Shown here piece after piece: positions 27,655 through 39,600 of a stretch of 64,000 nt of DNA. This DNA comes from Sphagnum compactum (Eukaryota): contig OZ234493.1 of assembly GCA_965153455.1 (NCBI GenBank), forward strand, positions 14,560,213-14,624,212. Reading direction: 5' to 3'. The notes beneath the pieces were generated by a model. The model saw only the letters and a program-made list of their open reading frames with translations. It was not told the DNA's origin and did not search any database. The translations under genes were made by a program, and so were the position numbers. Position 1 is the first letter of the stretch, and every line of letters starts with the position of its first letter.

Positions 27655-30600
27655 ATGGAGCGTGACGAAAATGCAGTCATCAGTGATGCTGATGGTACAG
27701 CGGGTCACGATTCAGGAACGGTGGATGCTGATCCCGAAAAAACAACGCTAAACCCCTACATTTTAGCACGTAACAGGCGCATTGCTCAACTCAAACAACG
27801 ACTTGCAGAAGTTGAAGGAAGCGCACAAGAATTGTGAGTTCTTCTTAGACTTGTCTTCACATGCATAAATGGAGAGGACCATACAGAATTTAGTAATGGA
27901 TCGTGCAATCTCCATTGCCTGCACTGTATGAAAGAGTTTGGAAGTCCGACTATGTGCGTGAGTTTTGTGTATACGCAAATAGTTTGAACACGCTTCAATA
28001 ATCTTTGTTTTAGTGTTAGGTTGTAGCTACTCTCCAAATTCCAATCTATTCTAAATTTTTCATGGGGTTAGGGTTTAAGGTTTGAAATCGATGTGTTTGG
28101 TGCTACCATGAAATAGGGTTCCTGGTGATCATTTACTACATGCATAACTTAAAATTAGGTTTGTATGCTAGTTAGTGGTCATGTGCTTATTGAAACAGTC
28201 TTAGTCCAAACTAATTACTCCTTTGCTGTATTTTGGAAACATTCGGTCACTTGGCAGTCGTCACTTCATGGACTCAGCAACCATGCAAGGGAGGAAGAAG
28301 ACAAATAAGAAGTCCACCCAAAAGGTGGTGGATGGGAGAACACTTGGACACCAAAGCAAGAAGAGGAGCACTAGGAATGCTGGAAAACCACATCGTCATG
28401 TGGTGGAAGAGGAAGGGTTGTCGACATCAGCAGCATCTAGTGAACGCGACACTTCATGTAGCAGCGACTACAACTCAAAAGCAGAGGAGTCAGAAGGTTC
28501 TGAGCTGCCAGTTGCATCTTCAGTTATGAAGGAACAGAATAAGGCACCTAGCAAACGGACCCCCACACCAAATGTAATGTACCCCTCCCCCCCCCATCAA
28601 ATATTGTTTCTGAGGTCCATTTTGATGTCAAAGATACTAAAAGTAACAACATTATTGAAGGCACAATATCTGTGAAATTTCTGACTGGTCCTATATGAGC
28701 CTTGCTAGTCCGTATTGAGTTGAAGTTTATTCTAGCAAATGAAACTAAAGCAGAATAAAAACATGTAGGCAAGATCTACAACTTCACAGACAAACAAATT
28801 CTGGTAAAATGTTAACAAACATTAAAAAGACTCCCCCCACAGGCTTTGTGACTCAGCCTAACTCTGTGGCCCGAGCTCCCTCCCTCTATGTCTGCTGTGT
28901 GTTTTTTTCTGCAATCTAGTATTATGTGATTTTGTGTCTTTTGCTGCAATTTTGGTGTCTGATTTTGGTAGCCTGGTATGTGATTTTTTTTTTCTGGTGT
29001 GCAATTTTGTGTTTTCCTGCAGTCTGGTGTGTGTGATTTTGTGTTTTTTGATGCAATCTCATGTGTGAATGATTATTTTTTCCAACAATCTAATCATCCA
29101 AACGTCATGTTTTTGCTGCAGTAGTGTATTGTTTCCTTACAGATTCCTTAAAGATTTTCAGAGATCTTTTTTCTGGTTTATTTTTGACAGATGGATTGTT
29201 TTGCTAGTGATCTGATCAACCACTCTCTTCCTTATCATCTGTGGACTTGGTGCACACCTGTTTTGCATTCACCATCTAGTTTGATATAACACAAACAGAG
29301 ACAAACAGAACTTTCTTCTCTTCTTTCTCTTCTGACATCATATCTAAACTGAATGCTGCATTTTATCCCCCTCCAAGATTCCTCAAGAAGCAGTGACATT
29401 GGTCTTGACTGTAGATGTATTATTGTCAAGATTGTGTTCCAACTGCACAAGCCACACTGTAAAGAGATGTGATGTTCTGTGGGCTTTTGTGCCTGAAGAA
29501 TGTGAAGAAGTATAATTAATGATCCTAGAATTGTCTCCCTGATGAGTTTGCAAATCACTTTTTTCTTTAGGGATTGCATGCTTGTCTTACGGTCCAAATG
29601 CCCCGTTTGTTACAAGAGAACTGATATGTGCTTACTGGCTCTTAAACTGCACATTAGAGGTAGCCACTTGTAGAACATCTAGTATTGTCTTGTGGGTTTA
29701 CATGTTACAGCACATAAGCTCCATAAATTTGGAAATGGAAACATAAAATGGGGCCTAGTTAAAAAGGTAATTGCCAATACTCATTTGTCTATCTTCAACA
29801 TTAAGTCTCTCAACTATGATAGAAGGCTTAGGCAATAACACCTTAATTCTTCAACTAGCCTCTGTCCGTTTTCAGATAAGGGGGTAATTTATGTTATTTA
29901 CAGTGTCAATCATAGTAGAATGCTGAGTTTTCTCCTTCTGTTCTCGGTCTTGATGTTGGCCATGTATTAAGTGAGTGGAAGGCCAAAGTTCTTTTGTTTG
30001 TACAGAAGAGGACTCATGCTTCCTTACTGGTTCAAACCTCTTCTGATTCTTCTTTATACAGAGGTTGAGGTTGCTTGTATTAAACATGGTGTAGAAAGGG
30101 ATGGAGAACTCACAAGCCAACGATGGATCCAGTAGGTGTGCATTGGACCACTTCCGTATTCCAGACACATGGGTCTGTGGTGTTGTAGGGGTCTCGGTAG
30201 TACACTTTTTCTTGATTTCCTTTATCAAGATTGGAGATTTTTGCTTGAGCTTGTAATAGTTTCTTTAAATTCAGAGCTTGCAAAGTCTATCACTATTCTT
30301 GGAAATTATTGCCTTTATCCAGAGTGTCTTCAAGCTTTCAGTTAAGATCTAAAATTGTGCCCTTTTTGTTCATCAGAGTTTTTCTTTTGTATCAGGTTTT
30401 CTTTCATGTCCAGAAATAATCTTATAAATCTCCATGATTTCAGTAATGCAAATATGAAGTGGTTTTCTTTCAGAAATTTGCTGATCATGCTGTGTTCTGT
30501 AAAGGGTTAATTAAAGTCTTTTAACAGGCTTAGAAGGTTAAGGCAAAAGCACCTCAAACTTGTTGCCAAAATTTGTTCTGTTTCATATAGAGGTGTCATC

Positions 30601-33600
30601 TATGTAATCCGTAACACTGGTTCCAGTTAAGTGCTATATGATGGTCAAACCTGTAGCTCAGTCTTTGCAAGATCCTAAGAGCATGTAAGAGAAGCCCGAA
30701 CATTGGAAAAGCTCACCAATTCTGTTTTTGATTTAAAACTCTTCGTACGTGCTTAAGTCAAAGAAGTTTGTTGTTCATTTGGTATCTTTGCTAATGAAAA
30801 AATTATGGGAGATTTATGGATTCAAATGGGAAAATTGAACGTCAAAGGTTCAATCTTGCTGCCACAACAATAGGAGGAAATGGATGGTTGTCCTTCATTC
30901 TGCATTTTCCAAATCGTATGACTTAGAAAGAAGGTTGTGTAGCCAAGTTTGTAAAACCAGTCCTATGTTATGGAGAAAAGGTCTAGAGAAGGTCCTAAAC
31001 TTTCTGTTGTGCATCCCAAAAAGTTCGGAAGTCCAAAGTCAATCCCTTGCTGTTGGTTGGGTTTAGGGAATTTTCTCTTCGTGTGCCCTTCTTCTATAGA
31101 AAGATCCTATCTGTCATGATTCATCACTGGATTACCTTAGTGATCCATATGTTCTTTCCATAGAACTTTTGGCTGGATACAAAAGAAAATTGGATTTCCT
31201 CTATAAAGTTATACCTCATGGGAAGGTGTTTTCTGAATTTCTTACCAAAAACTTTGTTGGTTGTCTTCAATGTCATCAGTCTTTATGTGCATGCCTTTTA
31301 TATGTAGCCCTATTTGTGTGATTAGGGTTGTTCATGATTGATAAGTTTGCCATACGAATCTCTGTTTTTTTGGAATTTACATGTCTCATGTTGACAATAT
31401 ATGAGCAGACTGTATGTTTTCCTAGCTTCTACCCATTCCCTATGTATAACGTGTTGTGTGTGTGCTTGAGAAAAGAAAGCAACATCAAAGAAAGCTCGGG
31501 TTGAAACCCCACCACTTGTCGATATGGTGAATGCCACTAGGCTACAAAAGACCACATCGGCAACAGTACAAAGTCGCAAGCATGGTGGTGACTTTGCAAG
31601 GTGCAATAATCAGGCATGTAAACATGGTGTTGGAAGTTCAGAATGCACATGGAATGCTGGACAATGTGGGCACACAAGACAATGGAGTTCTTGCCAAGTG
31701 TCACAATGTCCTAATTGGAAGGTAAGATTGAGCCCTGGGCACAAGGGACTTACAAACTGTTGTGCCACTTGTGGAAGGGCTCCAAGCAACATGTATGAAT
31801 CAACATGGGGTGAAGGAGGGGGTGTGTGTGATCAGGGGCTATGTCAAAGGGTGCAACCACATTCACCCATGGGCGGGCAAGCACCAGACATGGCCTTGGA
31901 CAATGAAATAGAAGTAGATGCCCAGCCCAAGGTTTTCGCTGAAAGGGGTATGCAACGACGAGCTTTAAAGCGAGCTATAGAATTTGAAGCCCAAGAACGA
32001 AAGGAGAAAGGCTTGCCAGGCCATAAGGTGCAAGTGACAAGGCATGGCAAAATTGATGGTGCATGTGAAGGGAAGGATGCATGGGATGGTGCGATTAGGT
32101 CGCTAACACCTCGGATTTTGAACATGGCAGTGGTTAGGGTTACAGAACAGGACCCTGTGGACATGGCTAGACTCCGGTTGCAATTGGATGGGAGATTTGA
32201 ATATGTAGGTGGTGAATTAAGTGGGGCTGGCTTTAGGGATTGTGTAAGGCGATATATGAAAGGAGAAAGAGCACGCTTAAAAAGAAAGTATGCACAGAAA
32301 GGTGCCAAAGCCTGCCCACTTGAAGTGGACCGAGAACAATGGGAGAAATTAGTGACATATTGGCAACAACGTGAGACCAAGAATAAAAGTGAACACATGG
32401 TTGGTGCAAGAGGGGCAGTTGCAAATGTAAGCCACCTTGGGCGTGGTGGTAAGGCAGCTATAGAAGCAAAATTGGCAAGTTAACCCTAAAACCCTACTCC
32501 GTTGTGATGGCCAAATGGAAATTACAATATGTTGAAGTTATTATGCACTCACATGCCACATACAATGCTGAGCACTGAATGATGTCTGAAATGGGTGAAT
32601 GCAGAAATCCAGGCATCGCCGAAGCCCATCAATATCTGAGATGGCTGCTGTGGGACTAGAATCTAGTGGCACACCTGGGTACCCAGTGAGTTTTCCTAGC
32701 TGTTTCATTTGTCTTTCCTTGTCCTTTCCCTTTCTGTCTTGGTTATGGTTGATTGAGGGGATGTGATTAGCACTAGTATTGCATGGCCTACCTCAACCAG
32801 AAAGTCTGCTAAAGCAGTACCATCATCAGCAGAAGCTGGTGTAGCCTTTCCAAACAGCTTACCAAGTGACATCCCCTCACTGCTTTTACTAGTATCTGTC
32901 CTAGAAATGATATCATCAGGTACTGTGTCACCTGTGGCATAATGACCCTGTGGATTCAAGCTCCATAAGTCTGTTGTTTCATGCAATTACTTCACACTTA
33001 AGCTTCCAGTGGTGGATGAAGTATCATGTACTGCTTCATTCACAATTTTAAGTATTTCAACACTGGTTTCCTTAGCAGTATCTCTTGAATCAAAATCATC
33101 GGCTCCAGTATTCCAGATCCTTCATTCTGTGTTTTCCTGATATCTCATAATTCTCCTGTTGGTGCATATGTGGTCTCCAATCTTACCCAATCTGGTATTC
33201 TGAATTTTGTTTTTCTTTTGTTTCTTGTCTTCCCTTGTTTGGTTCTTTCTGTGGCTTCCTGAGGAAGTGTTAGCCTTGCTGTTTCTTCTTCATCGTGAGA
33301 TTGGAAATTTCTCTATTCTCATGCTTTTGGAATTGCGATTTAATTTGGTTTGGTTGCATTCTTTTGAGTGCTCTCCTTATACAAAGGTTTAACATATCGG
33401 ATCTGAATGTTAGAGAAAAATTTATAACAAATACTGGTTTTGGTAGGTTGTTTTTAAGTCCCATTATTTCAATACTTTTTGTCAGTTCAGTGGAACAACC
33501 ATTCACCTTGGATATATTTGGTTGAAATAGTAAGGATAAGTTGAGTTCTATGTTGTCAATGTAGCAGAAACTTCAGATTTTATCTTCTTAGCTAGATTTC

Positions 33601-36600
33601 CTCGTAGATAACTTGTTCCTCATATTTGGTCAGTTAGTCCTTAAGCAACCATTGGATGCCCACTGAGTACTGATTATGCAATTGTGAGCCATGGATTATA
33701 GCTCAACAATTAGTTAAGCTTTAATTCCGTAATTTTCCTTAGTATTAATGATTTGAATGCTTATAAGCCTCCAAGTAGTGATTATTAATAGTTGAATCAG
33801 CTTTTGTGATATTTCTAGGCATATAGTACTTCTTTATTTCAGTTGATGTAGCTCTTAATCAGTTAAGCACCTAGTAAACCTTTTAAAGTACATTATCCCT
33901 TTTATGTTGCAGAGAAGGGAAAGGGGATGTAGAATTAGTTGTGATTTATTGATATATAGGGAATACAAGCCCATAATTAACACTAGCATTCCGCCATGAC
34001 AAGGTTAAGTTAGTCTGTAGAAGAATCTTCAAGCACTAATGATGTACTTGTAAGATTTTTAGGATGTAGTCCTAATACATCTTTATTTAGTTTCACTTCT
34101 ATCAGACTTTTAAATAGAATCAAATCAAACTTAAGTATTAACATTTCCGCCTGAGTAACCTCAGGTGAATTACAACTGAATAACTAACTTAAAGGATAGA
34201 TCACAGTTGTAAAAAATCTAGGATGCGGCGAATGGTGCGAGCGAGGTACTCGGCTCGATGCTCCAGGGGAAGTGGGTTGATCGGGCCTCGTAGCCAACGA
34301 TAATGGCCATCACCAGGAACCCACGTTCGACAATGGAGACGGACATCATCATCTTCGCACTGGCACTCTTCAAACCTTTCTGGCGCGGCTCCACGAGCAG
34401 AAACAAACTCTAAATAAATTGCTAAAGCATGTGGGTTAGGGGACAGTCGACGATCCCATACCGAACGAGCGACTCGAGTACGCATCACTCTCCTGGGCGG
34501 TTCTTCTTCGCGCGGCCGTTGAGAAACATTCAAGTCGAGCGGTGCTTCTTCAAGCTCTTTTTGTTGTACGGGTGCGACTGGAGGATTTGAAGGCGTAGCG
34601 TCATCGTTCGCCATGACTAGTTGCACCTGCATCAACAAAAACCAAGAAGGTAGTACAAACAAGGTGGTACTTGCGTTCAAAAGGGGTCGAGGCCTTTTTA
34701 TTTAACAAGTTAGGGTAGGCGTAAGGTGTGGAAGTGACGGCGGAACCTTATCAAAACTCGAACACCCTAGATCTAAAGGATTCATCAAACCCTAAATTCA
34801 ACGGTGGATCTAAAAGTATGGGAGAGTTTTTTTTTATGCAAATTGTAATTCCAATTTACTATGTACTACATAGTTAATTAGTGCATAGTAAAGTAAATAG
34901 GAAAGGAATATCAAAGGAGTAAATGTTACACGGAAATGTTACTTCAACCATTGAATTAGTCAAGTAAGAACTCAAGGACTCTTCCTTGTTACTACCGATA
35001 ATTTATCCTAGTAGTTAGTTACTTGAAGTAATTCGGATGAAGAAGTAGGATGTGAGGGTCAACGGACGAAAAAGATATGGATCAAGCTCAAAAGACCTCA
35101 TCAAGATATCCAAGATAAGGGGGAGGTTGGATCCTCCAAATCCCATTAGTCATGAGGATTTTTCATCCTCTTTGATTAGAGGATGGAATATCTCTTGTGT
35201 TTCATTGGGCCCAAGGATTCTCATCCTAATTTCAATTGTATGGCCATTCATTCTCAAATTCTCATTGGCCCTTGAAGGATGAGGAGGCCATTGATTGGTG
35301 CAAAAGGATTTCAAAGCTTTCATTGGACAAGGGGAACAAGCTCAAGGAAGGTCATGGAGGCTTACCAAGGGAGAAGGCATTGTGTGTATGGGAAAAAAGG
35401 AGAAGAAGAGGAGAATGAAGTGTGAGAAAGGTTGTTAGTTCTTGTGTGTGGGAGGTGTTCATGGAAAGGTTATGAAAAAATGAAGCATGGAATGGAGTTG
35501 TGTGTAGCAAGTAATCGTAGTGAAGCCTCTGGACTTTTGGTTTAAGTAATTGTTTCTTTCAAATCCACCGTTGGATTTGTGTCAGAATTAGATTAATTTT
35601 AGTTTGAAAGGTGTAGAAGCTCCTCCCAAAAATTCAGCATCATCGGCTTTGCTGTGAGGGAGTTACAAGTGTTGGAAGTAGAGGGTGTTGAAGTGTTTTC
35701 CATGGGATGATTTCGTAGTGAAGCCTCTGGACTTTTGATTTAAGTAATTGTTTCTTTCAAATCCACCATTGGATTTGTGTCAAAATTAGATCAATTTTAG
35801 TTTGAAAGGTGTAAAAGTTCCTCTCAAAAATTCAGCATCATCGGTTTTGCTGTAAGGGAGTTACAAGTGTTGGAAGTAGAGGGTGTTGAAGTGTTTTTCA
35901 TGGAATGATTTCCATGGGGAAGCCTCTGGACTTTTGGTTTAATCAATTTTTTCTCTCAAATCCACCGTTGGATTTGTGTCAAATTTGAATCAATTTTAGT
36001 TCAAAAGGTGTAAAAAGCCCTCCCAAAAATTCAGCTTGATCGGGCTTTTTGTAAGGGAGCTACGCGGGTTGGAAGTAGAAGGGGTTGTAGTATCTGTTTT
36101 TTCTTCAAACTAGGCAAGTGGCTCCTAGCTCCAAGGCTTAAATCTAGATCAAAAAACATAAAATAAAAAACTTATGAGAGTTGTTTAAACATGGCTCCTT
36201 TTGTATTAGCTTCCAACTCCAACATCCAATTCCTTTCGTCAATTTACCCCCTCAGTAGATATTAGAGTAATCCTTCTCTGTTTCCGCGCCCTATTTGATT
36301 TGCGCACATAGTGCATCTTCATTTTTGTATCCCTACAACCCTTGACCACATATCTGCCCATCATCAGACGACTTCAAGATAAATGGGTGAACGCTCTAGA
36401 TAACAGCAAGTCTATATCTATAGGAAAAGCCCCGATCAGGAATTCCTTGTTAAGGTGAGATCTTTTGGCAGTCTTTCAAAAGGAGGCCGTAGGAAATCTA
36501 TTTTGGTCCTTGATGATCAAATCTCGACCAAACATCCCGCTTTTTTTGCAGAGCTCCTATGCTTGTCGGCTAAGGTAAAGATAGCTGATCATCTCACTTA

Positions 36601-39600
36601 GTAGTCCACCAGTTTTCGAATTTTCAGAAAATTACCACGGCAGGCGTTTGGTATTCCTAAAAAAACAAACACAAAGCAATCGATTATGGATGGCTTCCTT
36701 TGTGGTCGGTATCAGTTTATTTACTGATGCCAGGCGGTTAGCCAAGTCCATTATTCTGTCTTTACAAAATTTTATAGGATTTCGTAGATGGGTGTCTATA
36801 GCTTTATAGGTAAAGAGCCCTTTATTCTGCAAATTGATACCTAGTTACTTTTACGCGTTTTCTGAAGTTTTGGCATGAAAATTGAAGTCTTTGCATGCCT
36901 TATCCATGGTACGGATAATACTTTCATAGGCGGTTTTCACTGACAGAGGATATCTACAAAATCCACCTATCATCGCAGGCATAACCATAAAAAAGATCAT
37001 TAAAAAAACGTGAGCTATTATTAACACATTATAAAGCTGATGATTTCCACCAAGAATTTGATTGCCAGGTTGTGCTAATTCTATACGAATTAGTACTGAA
37101 AAGCATGTACCCATTACTCCAGCAATGGCACCGAAAATACAATATAAAGTGCCTATATCTTTGTGGTTTATAGAAAACAGCCATCTTTGTGCAAAATTGT
37201 TCATTTTATAACCCCATCTTTCAATAATATCATGCTTTGTTAAACTAATTTTGACTGATGTTCTCGTAATTTGGAAAAGCGAAATTCGTCACAAACTGTT
37301 GGAGTTGGAAGCTAATACAAAAGGAGCCATGTTTAAACAACTCTCATAAGTTTTTTATTTTATGTTTTTTGATCTAGATTTAAGCCTTGGAGCTAGGAGC
37401 CACTTGCCTAGTTTGAAGAAAAAACAGATACTACAACCCCTTCTACTTCCAACCCGCGTAGCTCCCTTACAAAAAGCCCGATCAAGCTGAATTTTTGGGA
37501 GGGCTTTTTACACCTTTTGAACTAAAATTGATTCAAATTTGACACAAATCCAACGGTGGATTTGAGAGAAAAAATTGATTAAACCAAAAGTCCAGAGGCT
37601 TCCCCATGGAAATCATTCCATGAAAAACACTTCAACACCCTCTACTTCCAACACTTGTAACTCCCTTACAGCAAAACCGATGATGCTGAATTTTTGAGAG
37701 GAACTTTTACACCTTTCAAACTAAAATTGATCTAATTTTGACACAAATCCAATGGTGGATTTGAAAGAAACAATTACTTAAATCAAAAGTCCAGAGGCTT
37801 CACTACGAAATCATCCCATGGAAAACACTTCAACACCCTCTACTTCCAACACTTGTAACTCCCTCACAGCAAAGCCGATGATGCTGAATTTTTGGGAGGA
37901 GCTTCTACACCTTTCAAACTAAAATTAATCTAATTCTGACACAAATCCAACGGTGGATTTGAAAGAAACAATTACTTAAACCAAAAGTCCAGAGGCTTCA
38001 CTACGATTACTTGCTACACACAACTCCATTCCATGCTTCATTTTTTCATAACCTTTCCATGAACACCTCCCACACACAAGAACTAACAACCTTTCTCACA
38101 CTTCATTCTCCTCTTCTTCTCCTTTTTTCCCATACACACAATGCCTTCTCCCTTGGTAAGCCTCCATGACCTTCCTTGAGCTTGTTCCCCTTGTCCAATG
38201 AAAGCTTTGAAATCCTTTTGCACCAATCAATGGCCTCCTCATCCTTCAAGGGCCAATGAGAATTTGAGAATGAATGGCCATACAATTGAAATTAGGATGA
38301 GAATCCTTGGGCCCAATGAAACACAAGAGATATTCCATCCTCTAATCAAAGAGGATGAAAAATCCTCATGACTAATGGGATTTGGAGGATCCAACCTCCC
38401 CCTTATCTTGGATATCTTGATGAGGTCTTTTGAGCTTGATCCATATCTTTTTCGTCCGTTGACCCTCACATCCTACTTCTTCATCCGAATTACTTCAAGT
38501 AACTAACTACTAGGATAAATTATCGGTAGTAACAAGGAAGAGTCCTTGAGTTCTTACTTGACTAATTCAATGGTTGAAGTAACATTTCCGTGTAACATTT
38601 ACTCCTTTGATATTCCTTTCCTATTTACTTTACTATGCACTAATTAACTATGTAGTACATAGTAAATTGGAATTACAATTTGCATAAAAAAAAACTCTCC
38701 CATACTTTTAGATCCACCGTTGAATTTAGGGTTTGATGAATCCTTTAGATCTAGGGTGTTCGAGTTTTGATAAGGTTCCGCCGTCACTTCCACACCTTAC
38801 GCCTACCCTAACTTGTTAAATAAAAAGGCCTCGACCCCTTTTGAACGCAAGTACCACCTTGTTTGTACTACCTTCTTGGTTTTTGTTGATGCAGGTGCAA
38901 CTAGTCATGGCGAACGATGACGCTACGCCTTCAAATCCTCCAGTCGCACCCGTACAACAAAAAGAGCTTGAAGAAGCACCGCTCGACTTGAATGTTTCTC
39001 AACGGCCGCGCGAAGAAGAACCGCCCAGGAGAGTGATGCGTACTCGAGTCGCTCGTTCGGTATGGGATCGTCGACTGTCCCCTAACCCACATGCTTTAGC
39101 AATTTATTTAGAGTTTGTTTCTGCTCGTGGAGCCGCGCCAGAAAGGTTTGAAGAGTGCCAGTGCGAAGATGATGATGTCCGTCTCCATTGTCGAACGTGG
39201 GTTCCTGGTGATGGCCATTATCGTTGGCTACGAGGCCCGATCAACCCACTTCCCCTGGAGCATCGAGCCGAGTACCTCGCTCGCACCATTCGCCGCATCC
39301 TAGATTTTTTACAACTGTGATCTATCCTTTAAGTTAGTTATTCAGTTGTAATTCACCTGAGGTTACTCAGGCGGAAATGTTAATACTTAAGTTTGATTTG
39401 ATTCTATTTAAAAGTCTGATAGAAGTGAAACTAAATAAAGATGTATTAGGACTACATCCTAAAAATCTTACAAGTACATCATTAGTGCTTGAAGATTCTT
39501 CTACAGACTAACTTAACCTTGTCATGGCGGAATGCTAGTGTTAATTATGGGCTTGTATTCCCTATATATCAATAAATCACAACTAATTCTACATCCCCTT

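Larger units (their letters stand above)
33683..36224 (-). repeat. Left 2,542-bp LTR-like arm (reverse complement of 37297-39838)
   Basis: TGT...ACA termini; checked mirror coordinates all sum to 73521 (no net indels); one mismatch seen (33694/39827). Confidence 0.93.

Noticed and set aside
35052-35418. 76-aa and 60-aa ORFs duplicated in both arms
   Set aside because: Non-ATG starts and no motifs; identical only because of the inverted repeat.
36851-37204. Functional nuclear cox1 or cox1 fusion (117-aa ORF)
   Set aside because: Only 82 codons, substitutions at conserved residues, no targeting peptide.
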